Assembly (NCBI GenBank): GCA_001179505.1
Contig: CDMY01000310.1
Location: forward strand, 62,001 to 126,000
Direction of reading: 5' to 3'
DNA from: Vitrella brassicaformis CCMP3155
Taxonomy: Eukaryota; Protista; Chromerida
DNA: 64,000 nt
The position numbers and the translations under genes are program-made. The number at the start of each line of letters is the position of its first letter. Position 1 is the first letter of the stretch. Below, one piece after another: positions 50,613-63,321 of this stretch. Under the pieces are notes generated by a model. It saw nothing but the letters and a program-made list of their open reading frames with translations, was not told the DNA's origin and searched no databases.

Positions 50613-51969
50613 ATGAAGGCGGACAGGCTCAGCTGGCAGGCGCCCCAGAAGCGCCTCCTCGACAGACATCATGATGCTCTCTTTCTGTCGACGTCGTCCA
50701 GGACGCCGTCAACAGCATCGAGCGAAGACAGCGACATGAATGACCATCACTCTCACCAACAGCTTGAGAATGTCCCCCTGCTGGCCGGGACTGAACATTC
50801 GCATGGCATTGCGACAACGCCATTGCCCATTATCGAACATTATCCCGCCTTGCTATGGAACGGGCTGTACCTGGTGGTGTCTGTGGCCGTCTCGCTCGTC
50901 AACAAGGCCCTGTTCGACACACACATGGCCCGGCTGCCGTTGGTCGGTGTGGTGGTGCTGGCGCAGGTAGTGGTGACGGTTGTTGTCTTGATGTGCCTGC
51001 ACTGCGTTGGGTGGGCGCGGCTGCCTGGCTGGAGCGGGGAGACCTTCAAGGGGACACTGATGCAGAGCTTATGGTGAGTGAGTGAGTGAGTGAGACAGAC
51101 ACACGCATGCACAATGGGTGCGTGCGTGTGTGTGTGTCAAAGTGCAGGTATGTGGGTCGCCTGTTCGGCGGTGTTGGCGCATTGCAGTTTCTCTCGGTGC
51201 CGACGACCTCTGCCTTGATGCGCGTCGGCCTGGTGGTGGCTGTGGGGCGAGGTGAGCTTATGACACAGACAGACAGACAGACACGCGCTGCGTGCTGCGC
51301 GCTGTACTGTATGTGTCTCACATTCGCTGTGTGTGCGCTGTATGTGGGACAGCATTGGCCATGCGACATGAAGTCCACCATGCGTCATTGGACGTGATGG
51401 GTGTGCTGTGGTACCACTCACTAGCAGCCATCCCCCTATGCGCCTTCATCACATGCGCCGAAACACTCATCCGCTCAGACTTCCACACGTACCTAAAAGA
51501 GACAGACAGACACACAGTCGGTCGCAGAGAGACTTGAGAGACAGACACAACAATCCGCCCTCCCTCTCTATGCTATGCAGGCTCCTGTCCCACCTCAGCG
51601 GCAACATCCCCACAATGGGTCTATTGGCGGCTTCAGGCCTCTGTGTGTGTCTGCTCAACTTGTCCCACAGCCTGGCCATGCACAACTTCCATCGCGCATG
51701 GGAGGCCTCCCGGGATCAGCTCAACAGACACCGGCTGTACGCCACATTGCAGCAGCACATTCTATGTGGGGGAGAGAGGGGGACAGCGGTGGGTGTGGTG
51801 ATGGTTGCGAGTGGGCTGGCCGTCACACATGGGCTGAAGCACGTGTTGGCCGATTTGTTGGGTGTCCTGGTGTTTCCTCACACCGTTGCTCTCAACGCAG
51901 GATACATCACAGGCACGCTCGCAGACAGACAGACATACACACCCACACCCACAGCCACACACACGAATG

Positions 51970-52003
<34 letters not shown>

Positions 52004-52218
52004 GTGTGTGTGAAGGAGTTGTGTTGTCGTGGGTGGGTATCGTCATGTATGGCAATGCCAAATTCGCCGTGCCGGTGGTCTGCACGCGCACACAGCCCCA
52101 CAGCGGGCCCCCTTCCACGAGAAGGCACAACAAACGGCGGAGACCGCATCATCATCATCAGCAGCAGCAGCAGCGGCAACATGTGTACGGCTTTGGGTGT
52201 GGGTGCAATGCCGTGTAG
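50613..52218 (+). CDS. SLC35/TPT-family nucleotide-sugar transporter-like membrane protein
   Basis: YLVVSVAVSLVNKALF (x-x-NK motif of TM1), LAQVVVTVVVL, ALQFLSVPTTSALMR, MGVLWYHSL, and multiple further hydrophobic helices. Confidence 0.75.
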
Positions 52219-52542
52219 TTGAGAGTGGGGTCAGTTAGTCAGTGCGATGGAGAGATAGATAGCTCTTCGTTTGTTGGTCCGGTCCATCCCATCGGTGGCT
52301 TCCATCGTGAGCAGTGAAGAGAAGAGTCGCGCAGACAGGAACAGAGGTAGGCCTTGGTGTGTTAGTGAATTAATGTGACGGACTGACAAGACCTAGATAG
52401 GAAACTCGTCAACAAACAAATAACAAATAAGTGGCACATAGATACAATTGCGGCGCATACGGCAGACAGACATCAGTCAGGCACACAGAGACACAGACAG
52501 ACAGACAGCCTTACTTCCTGACAGACTACTTACTGAACTCAT

Positions 52543-55161
52543 TCAGTCGTCTCTCTTGTCTGTCTTGTCTTTTCTCTTCTTCCGCACAAACTGATCCGAA
52601 GACTCATACCCCGGCTGCATGGCATGGCATGGCATGGCATGTGTGCATCGCACGCATCCGTCACACACACACGCACACGCACGAGGCGTTGCATGTGTGT
52701 CTGTCTCTGTGTGTGTCTGTGCGTACCTCGAGGTTGAAGTCGATGAGGTGTTCGTCACCCATCTCTGCCCCACTAGACAGCACCAAGTCACACTCGTTGT
52801 TGCGCGCGAAACTCGCTGACATAACGACGTGCCCACACATATGATCGATATAAGCACTCATATGCACACATATCCCCGTGTGTGTGTGTGTGTGTGTGTG
52901 GCCACCGTACATGGCCAGAAGTCGCTGCTGGGAATGTCGTTGGGCAGCACCTGCAGTATCTTGAGCGCATCGGCCACCAGCTCAGAACAGAAATACGTCT
53001 CGCTCTCACCCACTCCTACAAAGACGTACGTCTTCTCTTTGGGCATGTCTCTCTCCACCACACACAGTCTGTAGTATGTGGTGTGTCCATTGCCTGTCCA
53101 CCTGTCTGCTTTTCCCTTCTGAGCAACTTTGCGGTGGTAATGAGATACGGCTTGCCACAAGACGCCTTGACGAAGGCCTCGAGTGCGAGCAGCCGCTCGT
53201 TGGTGCGCTCGAAGGTCAGCCGACGGACTGCCAACCTGTGCGTCCATTCGCGTGTGTGTGGATGTCTCACTCATCCACGATTAGGTACTTACTTAGGGTA
53301 AAGGAGGTGCCACTTGTGGGCGATAAAGTCACGCCATGTGACCACACCCACACCCTGTAAGTAATGCATTACATGTTGCACACAGACACACATGAGTGAG
53401 TGTGTGTCTGGGTGTGTCTGTGTGTGTGTGCATTTGTTTGTTTATGCCTACCACCCCTCCCGCCGCCTCGAAGAACGCCAGCCGGCCATCGGCAAAGCGC
53501 AACACCAGCGCCACATGGTCGTAGTGAGACCCAGTGATGGCTCTCTGATTGCAGTGTCGTATGATAGATACTGCCGACCCGTGCGTGGGACTCTGACTGC
53601 CTCTAATGGCCCTGCTGACTGACTGACCTGTATCTTTGCGGCCCTGTGTGTCGAGCAGAAGAGGAGAATGTCACCCGTCTGGGCAAGAGTCTCAAACCGA
53701 CTGGGCGTGATGCGGTCGAACTGCATGACATTGTACGTACGTACGTGTGATGTGATAACACACATATATATTCTGGTTGGGGTGGGGGGCCATGGCCATG
53801 GTCTGGTCTGGTCTGGATGCTCTGCTGACTTTCCAGAACTTGGGCTGGTGTGCCAGGAGCTGCTGGTGGTCTGCAGGGGGGCGGGACGAGGCAATGTGAT
53901 ACCTATGGAGAGAACACACACACACACATACACACAGGGAGGGAGGGAGAGAGAGAGACCGACTAATGGGCCCACAGCTGCACAGCACGTTACACACACG
54001 CACGACGTCCGTAAGTACTGACTTGAGAGCGGCTACCCACAGCTGGACCTCGTCGTACGGCCCCTTGAGCTCAAACACACGGTCCACACCCTTTGGATAA
54101 ATGCGGAAGCCCACCTCAGGCAGGTGAACCGTCAGTTTGCCCCGGCAACACTGCATGGCATGCATGACTCAACACATGACCTTAGACAGACAGTGGGGTG
54201 TGGGTGCTTACCAGGTCGGTGACGGGGGTGATGCACTGTGTCCAGCCGGACTCTCGGATCAGCTGGGGGCGGGGAGGGGGCTGCTGGGGATCCCACAGAC
54301 ACTGCACACATGAATAAACAAACGAGCCAACACAGCAGACAGACAGACAGACAGACAGACTGCTTATTTACACGAAGAGAGATGGATAGAGACATACATG
54401 TCGATGTGAATGTGCAATGCAATGCCAGGATTTAAGCCAGTCAATAAATACATATGTGGTTGTAGGTAGGGTAGGTACCTACCTCAATTTGCACTTGTAT
54501 GAGGTCGGAGTCTAGCGTGCCTCGTGGTTTCCTGTCGTATTGGTGCCGGTAGTACGTCAGCTTCCTCTCACGAAGAACGAAGAACCGGGTCTGTCCGCCA
54601 CACATACACACATACATACAAGCAGTGTCAAAAGAAATGTGTCAATGATCTGCAGAATCTACGTGTACCGCCCACCCGATGAGTGAGCTCTTCTTCTGAA
54701 GGAAGCCGCGCATCTCTGTCAACTGCACTCATCCATCCATCCATCCAGGTACCAACACAAGAAGAAAACACGTACATGACATTGGTCAAGGCAAGCAGAA
54801 CGGGGTTTAGAGGGAAGGAGGGAGGGAGGGAGGGAGTGTGTGCGTGCATGTCCGTCCGTACGCTGCCCCTTCTTCTCTCCTTCGCATCCATGGTGAGGTG
54901 TATGTCGGTGTCAGACAGTGGCTCGGGAGGCTGAGCCGCACTGACTCGGTGAGGAGGGTCACCTGCAGCCAGCAATGGGCAAACGGACATTGGCAATGCT
55001 ATACACCAAGCACAGTGGGCATGACCGTACCTGATGGGGGTGTCTGTGGCTCTCCTGGCTCACCCTCGACAGCAGTGCTGCCCTCATCATCGCTCTCCGA
55101 GTCGCTCTCCTGCATGGACACACACACACACGTAGCCTGCATGTCTCTTACTCAGTCTCGC

Positions 55162-55193
<32 letters not shown>

Positions 55194-55426
55194 CTTACGG
55201 CATATTCCACAGGCTCGTCCCTCCCCCTCTGGTACACCACGGTAGCAGCAGCCCCACTCCCAGCCCCAGACCCATGATTCCCAACTCCCCCCTGCTGCGG
55301 AGAGGCGTCACTGCCATTCACATTGTCACGGACACTCCTGGAGGGAACGGGCTGCAGTGCAGCGGAGGGCGTGGTGTCTTTGAGGCGCTCGTATGTTGGG
55401 CGGGAGGGGTTCTCTTTGTGCTGCAT
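52543..55426 (-). CDS. PH domain + permuted NlpC/P60 papain-like (YiiX/YebB, peptidase C92-like) protein
   Basis: PH: MRGFLQKKSSLIGWA|TRFFVLRERKLTYY...RVFELKGPYDEVQLWVAALK. Permuted papain: QTGDILLF, YDHVALVLR...FFEA, GKPY, and YFCSELVADAL (His precedes Cys). Confidence 0.85.
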
Positions 55427-55672
55427 TGGGGGAGCGGCTCTTGTTGCCGATTGGGGGTGGGTAAATGAAATGCGTTTGTGAGTGGATGAAACAAGAAAAA
55501 TTCCCGCAGTGGCCTTGTGAGGGGAGGAAGGGAAAGAGGAACGGAAAGAGGGGGGAGGGAGGGGATCGAGGAAGGACGCGAGCTTTTTTCTGTGGATCGT
55601 TTTGGGACACCGGCAGCTTCTCCATCCTCGTGTGCGTGTACCGCTGTGTGTTGTGGATCGGTGTCTAAAGAG

Positions 55673-56075
55673 ATGGATAGGAAGGTGTCTGAGTCGACGG
55701 CGGACAGCGAGACCAGCAGTCAGAGACCACGCGTAGAGACCAACAAATGGTGAGAGGGATGGAGATGTGGCGCGAGACAGGCAGGCAGGGAGCTACCCAA
55801 CTCTCTCTTGCTGCAGGTGTTCCACTGATGAGCTTTGGACGCCTGAGGTCGAGCTCAACAGAGCAACCACCAAAGGCTCATTCAGGTAGGTGAGGTGAGG
55901 TGCACACACATCCACACATCAACATGACCCTATCTGTCTGGTGCTCACTGTTCTTGTCTGTTGCAGGAAACCCAAACCCAAGTTGAAAATCTGTGTGGCA
56001 GGTGGGGAACGGTGGACAGACAGAGAGAGGGAGAGAGATGCATCCCTGCATCGACTGGTGGATGGACGGTCTCCT

Positions 56076-56106
<31 letters not shown>

Positions 56107-58344
56107 GTGGTGGGAATGGCGGACACGTCATGGCGGGTCTGTTCGCCAGCAAGGGCCATGACGTGAGCCTCCTCGTGTCGGCACCACATCATGTTGACAA
56201 GGTGCGAAGACACACACACACACACACACACACACAGAGGGAGAGAGAGGGCACAGCTGCGAGCACACTGCGATACCCGTCTGTGTGTGTCCCTCTATAG
56301 TGGCTGAGTGGGATAGAGGCCGGTGGCTTGACGGTGCATTACGTCGAGGGCGACCGCAAAGTCAAAGGCACACCGATAACCGCCACACACAACCCTGCTG
56401 ACGTACGCCAGAAGGACAGACAGACAGCTGTACGTGATCTGCATAGCCACTCCTATGTGTGTGTGTGTGTTTAGGTGGTGCCCTACGTCGATTTGATTAT
56501 CATCGTGATCCCCGCCAAGTACCACCAACCCATGATCGAAGCCATGGCACCACACTTCAGGTACATCACGCGCACCAAACACACACACACACTCACACAC
56601 ACACACACATCCCTGTGTGTCTGTCAGGCCTGGTCAGTGGGTGTGTGCGGTCGAGGGCGCCTGGTGGGGCATCCCGCCGTCGGTCTTCGGACCCAACACG
56701 CAGCAACTCGTGTTCGCCGAGATCCAGTGTTTGCCTTGGGCGTGCAGGGCCACCGAGTAGGCTAAGCTGCCAATGCAATGCATACCAAACACCAATAGAC
56801 CGACGTCCATGCCATGCCATGCCGTATCGCATTGTGTGTGTGCGCGTGTGTGTAGGTACGGTCGTTATGTGGAGGTGTTTGAGGAGAAGGATTTGGTGGA
56901 GATCGCCGTGTCGCCGTCGAAAGACGGCAGGGAGGTCGCCCGCATACTTCAGCAACTCATGGACATTCCCTTCAAAGCACACGGTGGGCACATGGGCAGA
57001 CAGACAGACAGACAGACAGGGAGGGAGGGAGGGAGGGAGGGCCGGTGGGAGGGCTGACTGACATACACGTTTATTGTGTCACGTATTGTGTGCCTCTTGC
57101 TGGCTGGGTGGCTGGCTGGCTGCAGGATCGTTGCTGGCAATGGCGTTGAGCGCTCCGTGCAATTGGGTGCATCCCGCCGTCATGTACGGACACTTCGGTA
57201 AGGAGGAACGAACAGACACACTCACACACATAGCTGACCCGCCCCTTTATTCATGCGTCACACACGTGTGTGTGTGTGTGTGTGTGTTGTGCAGCCGAGT
57301 GGGACGGGAAGCCGTTTCCGCGTTCCAAGGTGCCGCTGTTCTACCATGACATCACCCAAGACACCGCTGACATGCTGGAGCGGCTCGACGATGAGTACCG
57401 ACAGCTGAAAACACAGCTCGAACAGGTAGGTGCCTACAGAATGACACATGAGGGAAGGCCGCCTGCATTCCTTCACACACGTACTACAAATGAGATGCTC
57501 TCTCTGTGTTGTGTGTGACGTGCCGTGACGTGCAGCGTTGCCCGTTGTTGGATTTGTCAGCCATCAAGCCGACGAAGGAGCTGCTGATGGAGTACTACCA
57601 CGGCAAGATCACCGACGAGAGCACCACCCTGTCGTGCTTCGCCTCCAACCCCGGTACGGTACACACCTTCAATGAGTGCATCAAGGAATCGAGCATGGAT
57701 TGAGATGGAGCGACGATTTATCTGTCTGTCTGTGTGGTTGCGGTGCCCATCCATTAGGTTACGACACGTTGTCGTCTCCTGTGGTTGATGTGGGCGAGGG
57801 AATGGTCGTGCCCAACTTCGACTACAGGTCAGTCACCCACCCGACAGAGACACACACACATGGCTGGCTGTGTACAGGTATCTGAATAGCGACATTCCCT
57901 TCGGGCTGGTGGTCACCCGTGGCGTCGCACAACTCGCCGGCGTGTCCATGCCGACGGTGGACTTCCTCATCCGATGGAGCCAGGAGAAGCTCGGCAAGGA
58001 ATGGCTGCTCGGCGACAAAGTAAGTCACCATACACACACACGCAGAGGCAGTGAGACATCTTTGCCTTTCTGTGTCTCAATACAGCTGTGCGGTCGCGAC
58101 ATGGGGAAGACCCGCGCGCCCCAGGTTTTTGACTGCCACACACTCGACGAGTTCGTCAAAATATGTCTCCCAGAACTCACCATACGGACCAGGTACACCA
58201 CACTCACACACTGCACACCCTGGATTGCATGATCACGCACGCCATATTCTCTCTGTCCTCAATTGCTGTAGGCGTGACAAGGAGGCCCAGAAAGAGGAGG
58301 GCGGCGTCACCCAGGAAGAGCCCCCGGCCGTGTGTGCCGTCTGA
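55673..58344 (+). CDS. Opine (octopine/tauropine/alanopine-type) dehydrogenase
   Basis: KICVAG|GGNGGH Rossmann motif, DLIIIVIPA, QCLPWACR, NWVHPAVMYG, WDGKP...PLFY, PNFDY|RYLNSDIPFGL, MPTVDFLIRWSQ. About 14 exons are in frame. Confidence 0.93.
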
Positions 58345-58912
58345 CACACTCTCACTCTCACTCACCCACCCACACAGAACAGAACAACATACACTCATTC
58401 ATTCCCACACGCTTTTTCGTTTTGTGGCTTTTGTACGTTTTGTGTCTGCATTGTGCTGTGCTGCATGTGCTGTTCATGTGGGCGGCTGAGAGCGCGTGAC
58501 AGAGGGGAAGCGGAAAGAGAGAGAGAGCACACACATGCACAGCACACGATGGGCTGGCTGATGGACAGTAGGTCCGGCAGGGGTGATTTTTCGGCCGAAT
58601 GCACATGACATGCAGAGGCCATTCATTGATGTGATGGCTGCGTGCACGGAGTTTTTTCGGTCATACTCAAGGACACCAATAGCTTATAGCTTGTCTTGTA
58701 GGAGCGGCCGATGACGAATGGATGGACCATCATGGGTGTCTATTTTTCTCCAGACATCATCACATTACGTGGTCTGATGGCTGGATGTTTCTGTTGACGC
58801 GTCTGTGGTCGTGCTTTGCTGTTTTGTCTTGTGTTGTGTTGTGTTCTGTTGTGTTCTGTCGTGTTGTGTTGCGTCTTGTGGCGTGTTCTGCTGATGTTCG
58901 TTTGTCCCCGCC

Positions 58913-59212
58913 NNNNNNNNNNNNNNNNNNNNNNNNNNNNNNNNNNNNNNNNNNNNNNNNNNNNNNNNNNNNNNNNNNNNNNNNNNNNNNNNNNNNNNNN
59001 NNNNNNNNNNNNNNNNNNNNNNNNNNNNNNNNNNNNNNNNNNNNNNNNNNNNNNNNNNNNNNNNNNNNNNNNNNNNNNNNNNNNNNNNNNNNNNNNNNNN
59101 NNNNNNNNNNNNNNNNNNNNNNNNNNNNNNNNNNNNNNNNNNNNNNNNNNNNNNNNNNNNNNNNNNNNNNNNNNNNNNNNNNNNNNNNNNNNNNNNNNNN
59201 NNNNNNNNNNNN
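58913..59212. other. Assembly gap (300 N)
   Basis: Run of N flanked by C-runs. Confidence 1.
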
Positions 59213-59775
59213 CCCCCCCTCCCACCACCACCCACCCACCCTGCTGCACACCTCTGCAAGGTTGGATGAGTGGTATGGACACACATGAGTGACAGAAGCA
59301 CATGACGCACGAATGATGTATGTTCGACATGCAGAAGTGCTTTTCCAACGCCCGGTCAGCTGCATGGTTCTGCTGTGCTGTGCCGTGCCGTGCGAGTGTT
59401 GATATGTTCCGATTCGGAGTCATCATGTTTGACTGACCTGACAAGCCCCCTGCCTGTCTGCCTGTCTGTCCCCCTGTCTGCGTGACTTGGCTTGACGTAT
59501 TGGTGTGTGTGCGACGCCTACTGGCAAGGAGAGAGAGAGATGGATGGACCGATGGATGGATGGATGTGTAGATGTGAAGAGACAGTCGTCACACTCAATT
59601 GAATTGATGCGCACGAATCCAATCCATTTCTGAGTGTAGCACTGCGAGAATGCACCCCACCCACTCAGCAGCAAACAAGCACTGAGGGCAGTAAGACACA
59701 TCCACGTGTTGTATCTCTACATCCGCATCACCATGTGTGTGTCGCCCCGCTACGACACAAGTCGCCGCGCAGATG

Positions 59776-61420
59776 GCTGCAGATCTTGCAACTCTCGGAT
59801 CAGCCAGACACAGCACACCAGCAGCCTCCTTACTGACATTCTCGGTTGGGCGCGTGTGTTTCGACATGCGATAGATACGAAATGCCAGACGCAGTCGATG
59901 ATGTGTTTACCATCAAGCCATCAGTCGCCAAGTGAAGCACAACGCACACACCAGTGGCCTCTCTAGCAGCTGATGGGTCTGATACGTGTCTGATGCTCCA
60001 GCGGCTGCCGAAAGCGACCCTCTCATGCAGCCAAAGACGCGCTAAACCAGCGACATCACTCACGCTATCAGCCGCCGTGCCGCAGCTTCGGTGGGATCAC
60101 ACGACTAGCACTCGAAAAGTTTAACTGTAGCTTCACTTCCTACATACAGACAAGACACAGCACAACACAACACTCAGAAAGCGTCGCGATTCGGTGTGGT
60201 GTGGGCGCACAAGTCTACTGTGTGCGCACCTCGGGAAAGGGTTTCTTTCTCAGCTCCTTCAAGAGGTTCATGTAGAGCTGCATGATAGTCATCGAGTCGA
60301 TCTCCGCCCTGGTGATGTTGAAGTGCTGCATGAGGTGCTCTCGCAGGCTCTTGAAGCTCGCTTCTGTGGCCATCTCGCCCTTCTCATACCCTCTCATGCT
60401 GTTGATCTGCTCGCTCACGCGGCTGATCTGCTTGCTGAGTCGATTGAGAGCCTTCATCACAGCGCCATCGGCCCCATCACCCCCCTCGCTCAGTAGGGAC
60501 GAGGGCTCCGCTGTCGAGAAATAGGCTTCCCTGTACTCGGCAATGGTCATCGTCGGATTCTTCTTGATGGAGAAGGTGTGCGGCATCAGCTCAAGCAGCT
60601 CGAGGGCCTTGTAGAGATGTGTCGTGTCCCCCTCAGGCAGAGGGACTGCGACGAAGCTCTCGCTGGGCGAACGGAGAGAATCGAGGGGAGCGATGTAGAG
60701 GAGGGGGTGGAGAGCTCGGCGGGTGAGGGAGTTGGTGGTGCTGCTCATGTGCCGTTTGCTCTTGGATGTGTGTGGGGACACGCCGTGGAGGACACCACCG
60801 AGATGTCCCTCGGCAGTCACCATAGGGGTTCCCGAGTCGCCCGGCATTGAAGTGACGCCCGAGAGCTGCAGCCACATGCGTGGCTGCGACCCGGCGGTCG
60901 ATGTCCCAGCCGCAGGGCCCATAACGCCAGCCGCTGGCGCCGCCGCGGGAGCCACACACGATGGCACCTCTGAATGGATCTCCGTGACCTCGCCCTTGAA
61001 GAATCGCTGTTTGTCGACAGAAAACAGCTCGTGCCGGAGGCTGACATTGTCGGCTGCAATGAGCGGCTTGGCGCGGAGTGCGGCGCGGACGATGTCGTTG
61101 TGCTCAATCCTTAGTAGGGCGAGATCTGGGTGTCCATCAGCGAGGTAGCCCTCGTGCATCCACGCCATCTCGACGGCCATCTCCTGCTCTTTGTTGCCGA
61201 TGTCGGTCATTACCTTCGTCGCGCCAATGGCGACGTGTGCGGCGGTGATCACATAGAGCTCGTCAGTGTTGGTCTTCAGCATCAGCCCCTTGCCGTAATG
61301 GTCCTCGTCAGGCTGGAAGACGTCACACAGATTCATCAACTCACTCCGCTGATCCCCCCTACCATTCCTCGAGAGGCAAGACGTCGTCCACGCCTTAATA
61401 ATCCACGCCTTAATCATCTC
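59776..61420. repeat. Long-range inverted duplication, arm B (partner 2069-3707)
   Basis: See arm A. Confidence 0.95.
60068..61417 (-). CDS. Trypsin-like serine protease, paralog of 2072-3427, ending LRHGG*
   Basis: VITAAH, DLALL and PGDSGTP are intact. Intron 60229-60140; terminal exon 60139-60068 encodes EVKLQLNFSSASRVIPPKLRHGG*. An additional in-frame ATG lies at 61459. Confidence 0.88.
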
Positions 61421-61451
61421 AGATACGCCGCACTTTCGCCTCTCGCGCCGT

Positions 61452-61494
61452 GGGGTCATAGGGTAACAAACCCTTTGACCCCTCGTCAAACCCT
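61452..61494. promoter_or_regulatory. Telomere-repeat-like hairpin GGGGTCA-T-AGGGT-AACAA-ACCCT-T-TGACCCC followed by CAAACCCT
   Basis: Direct reading; counterpart of 1797-1832. Confidence 0.35.
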
Positions 61495-62314
61495 CCGGCG
61501 CTTTCCGCTCGGTGCGCAGCCCTCCTGACGGCTGTGTGCTGAGATCTGTCTGTCGTTTTTTGGCGTCCACTTTGTCTTAATTGTCAGCTGAGGTCGGCGC
61601 CACAGACGCACACACACGTGGCGAGTCAGTCAGGTCAGTGCACGTGAGTGAGGGACGCCTCGAGCATCGCCATGATGTCAGACGGCCGCTCTGTTCTGTG
61701 TGCTGTGCTGTGCCGCAGATGTCTGTCTGTCTGTCTGTCTGTCTGTTGAGTGAGTGAGTGGGTGCGGCCGTCCGTCATGACGACAGGCAGACAGACACTG
61801 CTGCAGCTGAGGGCGCCGAAGTGGCTTACCGCCGACTGCACTCGAACACCGCAGCAGCGGTGCGCAGGCAGACAGCCACACACACACACACACAGATGGG
61901 GTGGACGTGACACACGACAGCACAGAGTCACCGACTGTCTGTCTGTGGTTTGTGTGGCGTTCAGGTGTGGTTGGCTGGCCGGTTTGACGACTGACGATGG
62001 CTGCTGAGTGCTGCTTGTCTGTGTGTGTGTGTGTGTGTGATGTGTCGGCCGATGTGTCGACGACTGACTGACTCGACTCACCTGAATCGCTTTGTCTCTC
62101 TCGTGGGCTGGCCGCCCTTTGTGTGTCGCGGGGATGTCTTCATTGTAACGTGTGGACTGTGTGTGGTTTTGCGTGTTGGCCGTCTGCTGCCGTGAGTGTG
62201 TGGGCCGGTGAGTGGGGGGCGGAGGAAATATGACAGACAGACAGACAGAGAATGTGTGGTGCGGTGTTCGGATTGCCGTCTGTCTGTGAGTGCCCTGTCT
62301 GGGACGTCTGCTCG

Positions 62315-63240
62315 CGAGAGTGTGTTAATCTCCCGTCGGTGCATTCGTCACACACGGGCGGCTCACAGACAGGCAGACAGGCCGACAGACACACACACAC
62401 ACACACTGATCTGTCTGACATCCTGGGCGAGTGTGTTCTGTCTGACATCGTGTCTAATGGGAGAGAGGGGCTGCGTCTGTGACAGTGCGGTTTCCCATCC
62501 TGTGTGTGTCCTCCGTCTCTCTCTGTGGGCATCTCATCTGGCGCTCCGAAACCAAAGAGTATCAGCCCTCGTCAGGTGTTGGTGCTTTGGGGTTGCCGGG
62601 CGGTGACAGAGATGCCACAGAGGGAAATGGACACACACGACGACACGTGTGAGTGGGTGTGTGGTGCGCTGGTGAGTGTACGCTAAGGGAAGAAGACAGA
62701 GAGATGGGATAGGAGCAGAAGTGAGAGAGAGAGGCACAGTGTTCACTGCGTGTCAGTGTGCTGACTGTCAGCGAGCTGAGGGTCATTCTACACAGAGCGT
62801 TGATCCTCACTCTCTGTGTGCGGTGACCGTCGAGCGGCTGACAGACACACGCAGACACAAGGGACGGTGTGGCTCATTGGCACGGCCGTCGACTTGATGG
62901 CCTAATCGATCGACTGACTGACTGACTGACTGAATGGCCGCAACTTTGTTGCCATTGCCATCACACGGAAAGTAAACAAACCCCACGAGCAGCGTGTTGT
63001 GTGGCTGACTGTATCTCTCGCGGGCGGGTTGGGTGTGCCGATAGACTGTGATGACTATGATGTGTTCCATGGCTACCATACACACGAGAGTGTCATTGAT
63101 CTCTCGTCGATGCATCCGTCACACACGCGCGGCTCATAGACAGACAGGCGGGCCGACACACACACATATTCTCGTTGTTTGTCTGTTCGCCTGGGGTCTC
63201 ATGAGTGTGTCCTCCCCTCTCTGTCTCCTCTGTGGGCATC
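62315..63240. repeat. Direct repeat pair (~62315-62533 and ~63085-63240) in a microsatellite-rich, apparently non-coding tail
   Basis: cgagagtgt..aatct..cgtcg.tgcat.cgtcacacacg.gcggctca.agacag.cagg...gccgaca and tgtgtcctcc...ctctgtgggcatc occur twice. Confidence 0.7.
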
Positions 63241-63288
63241 GCTGTTCGTCACTTTGCGCATTTCCCTTGCCTGCCTGTCTGCTTGCCG

Positions 63289-63321
<33 letters not shown>

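Noticed and set aside
58330-58344. Possible CaaX prenylation motif at the opine dehydrogenase C-terminus (VCAV*)
   Set aside because: The Cys is at position -3, not -4.
61418-61570. 451-aa ORF start at 61570 for protease copy 2
   Set aside because: This is a GTG start with no counterpart in copy 1; homology stops at about 61420.
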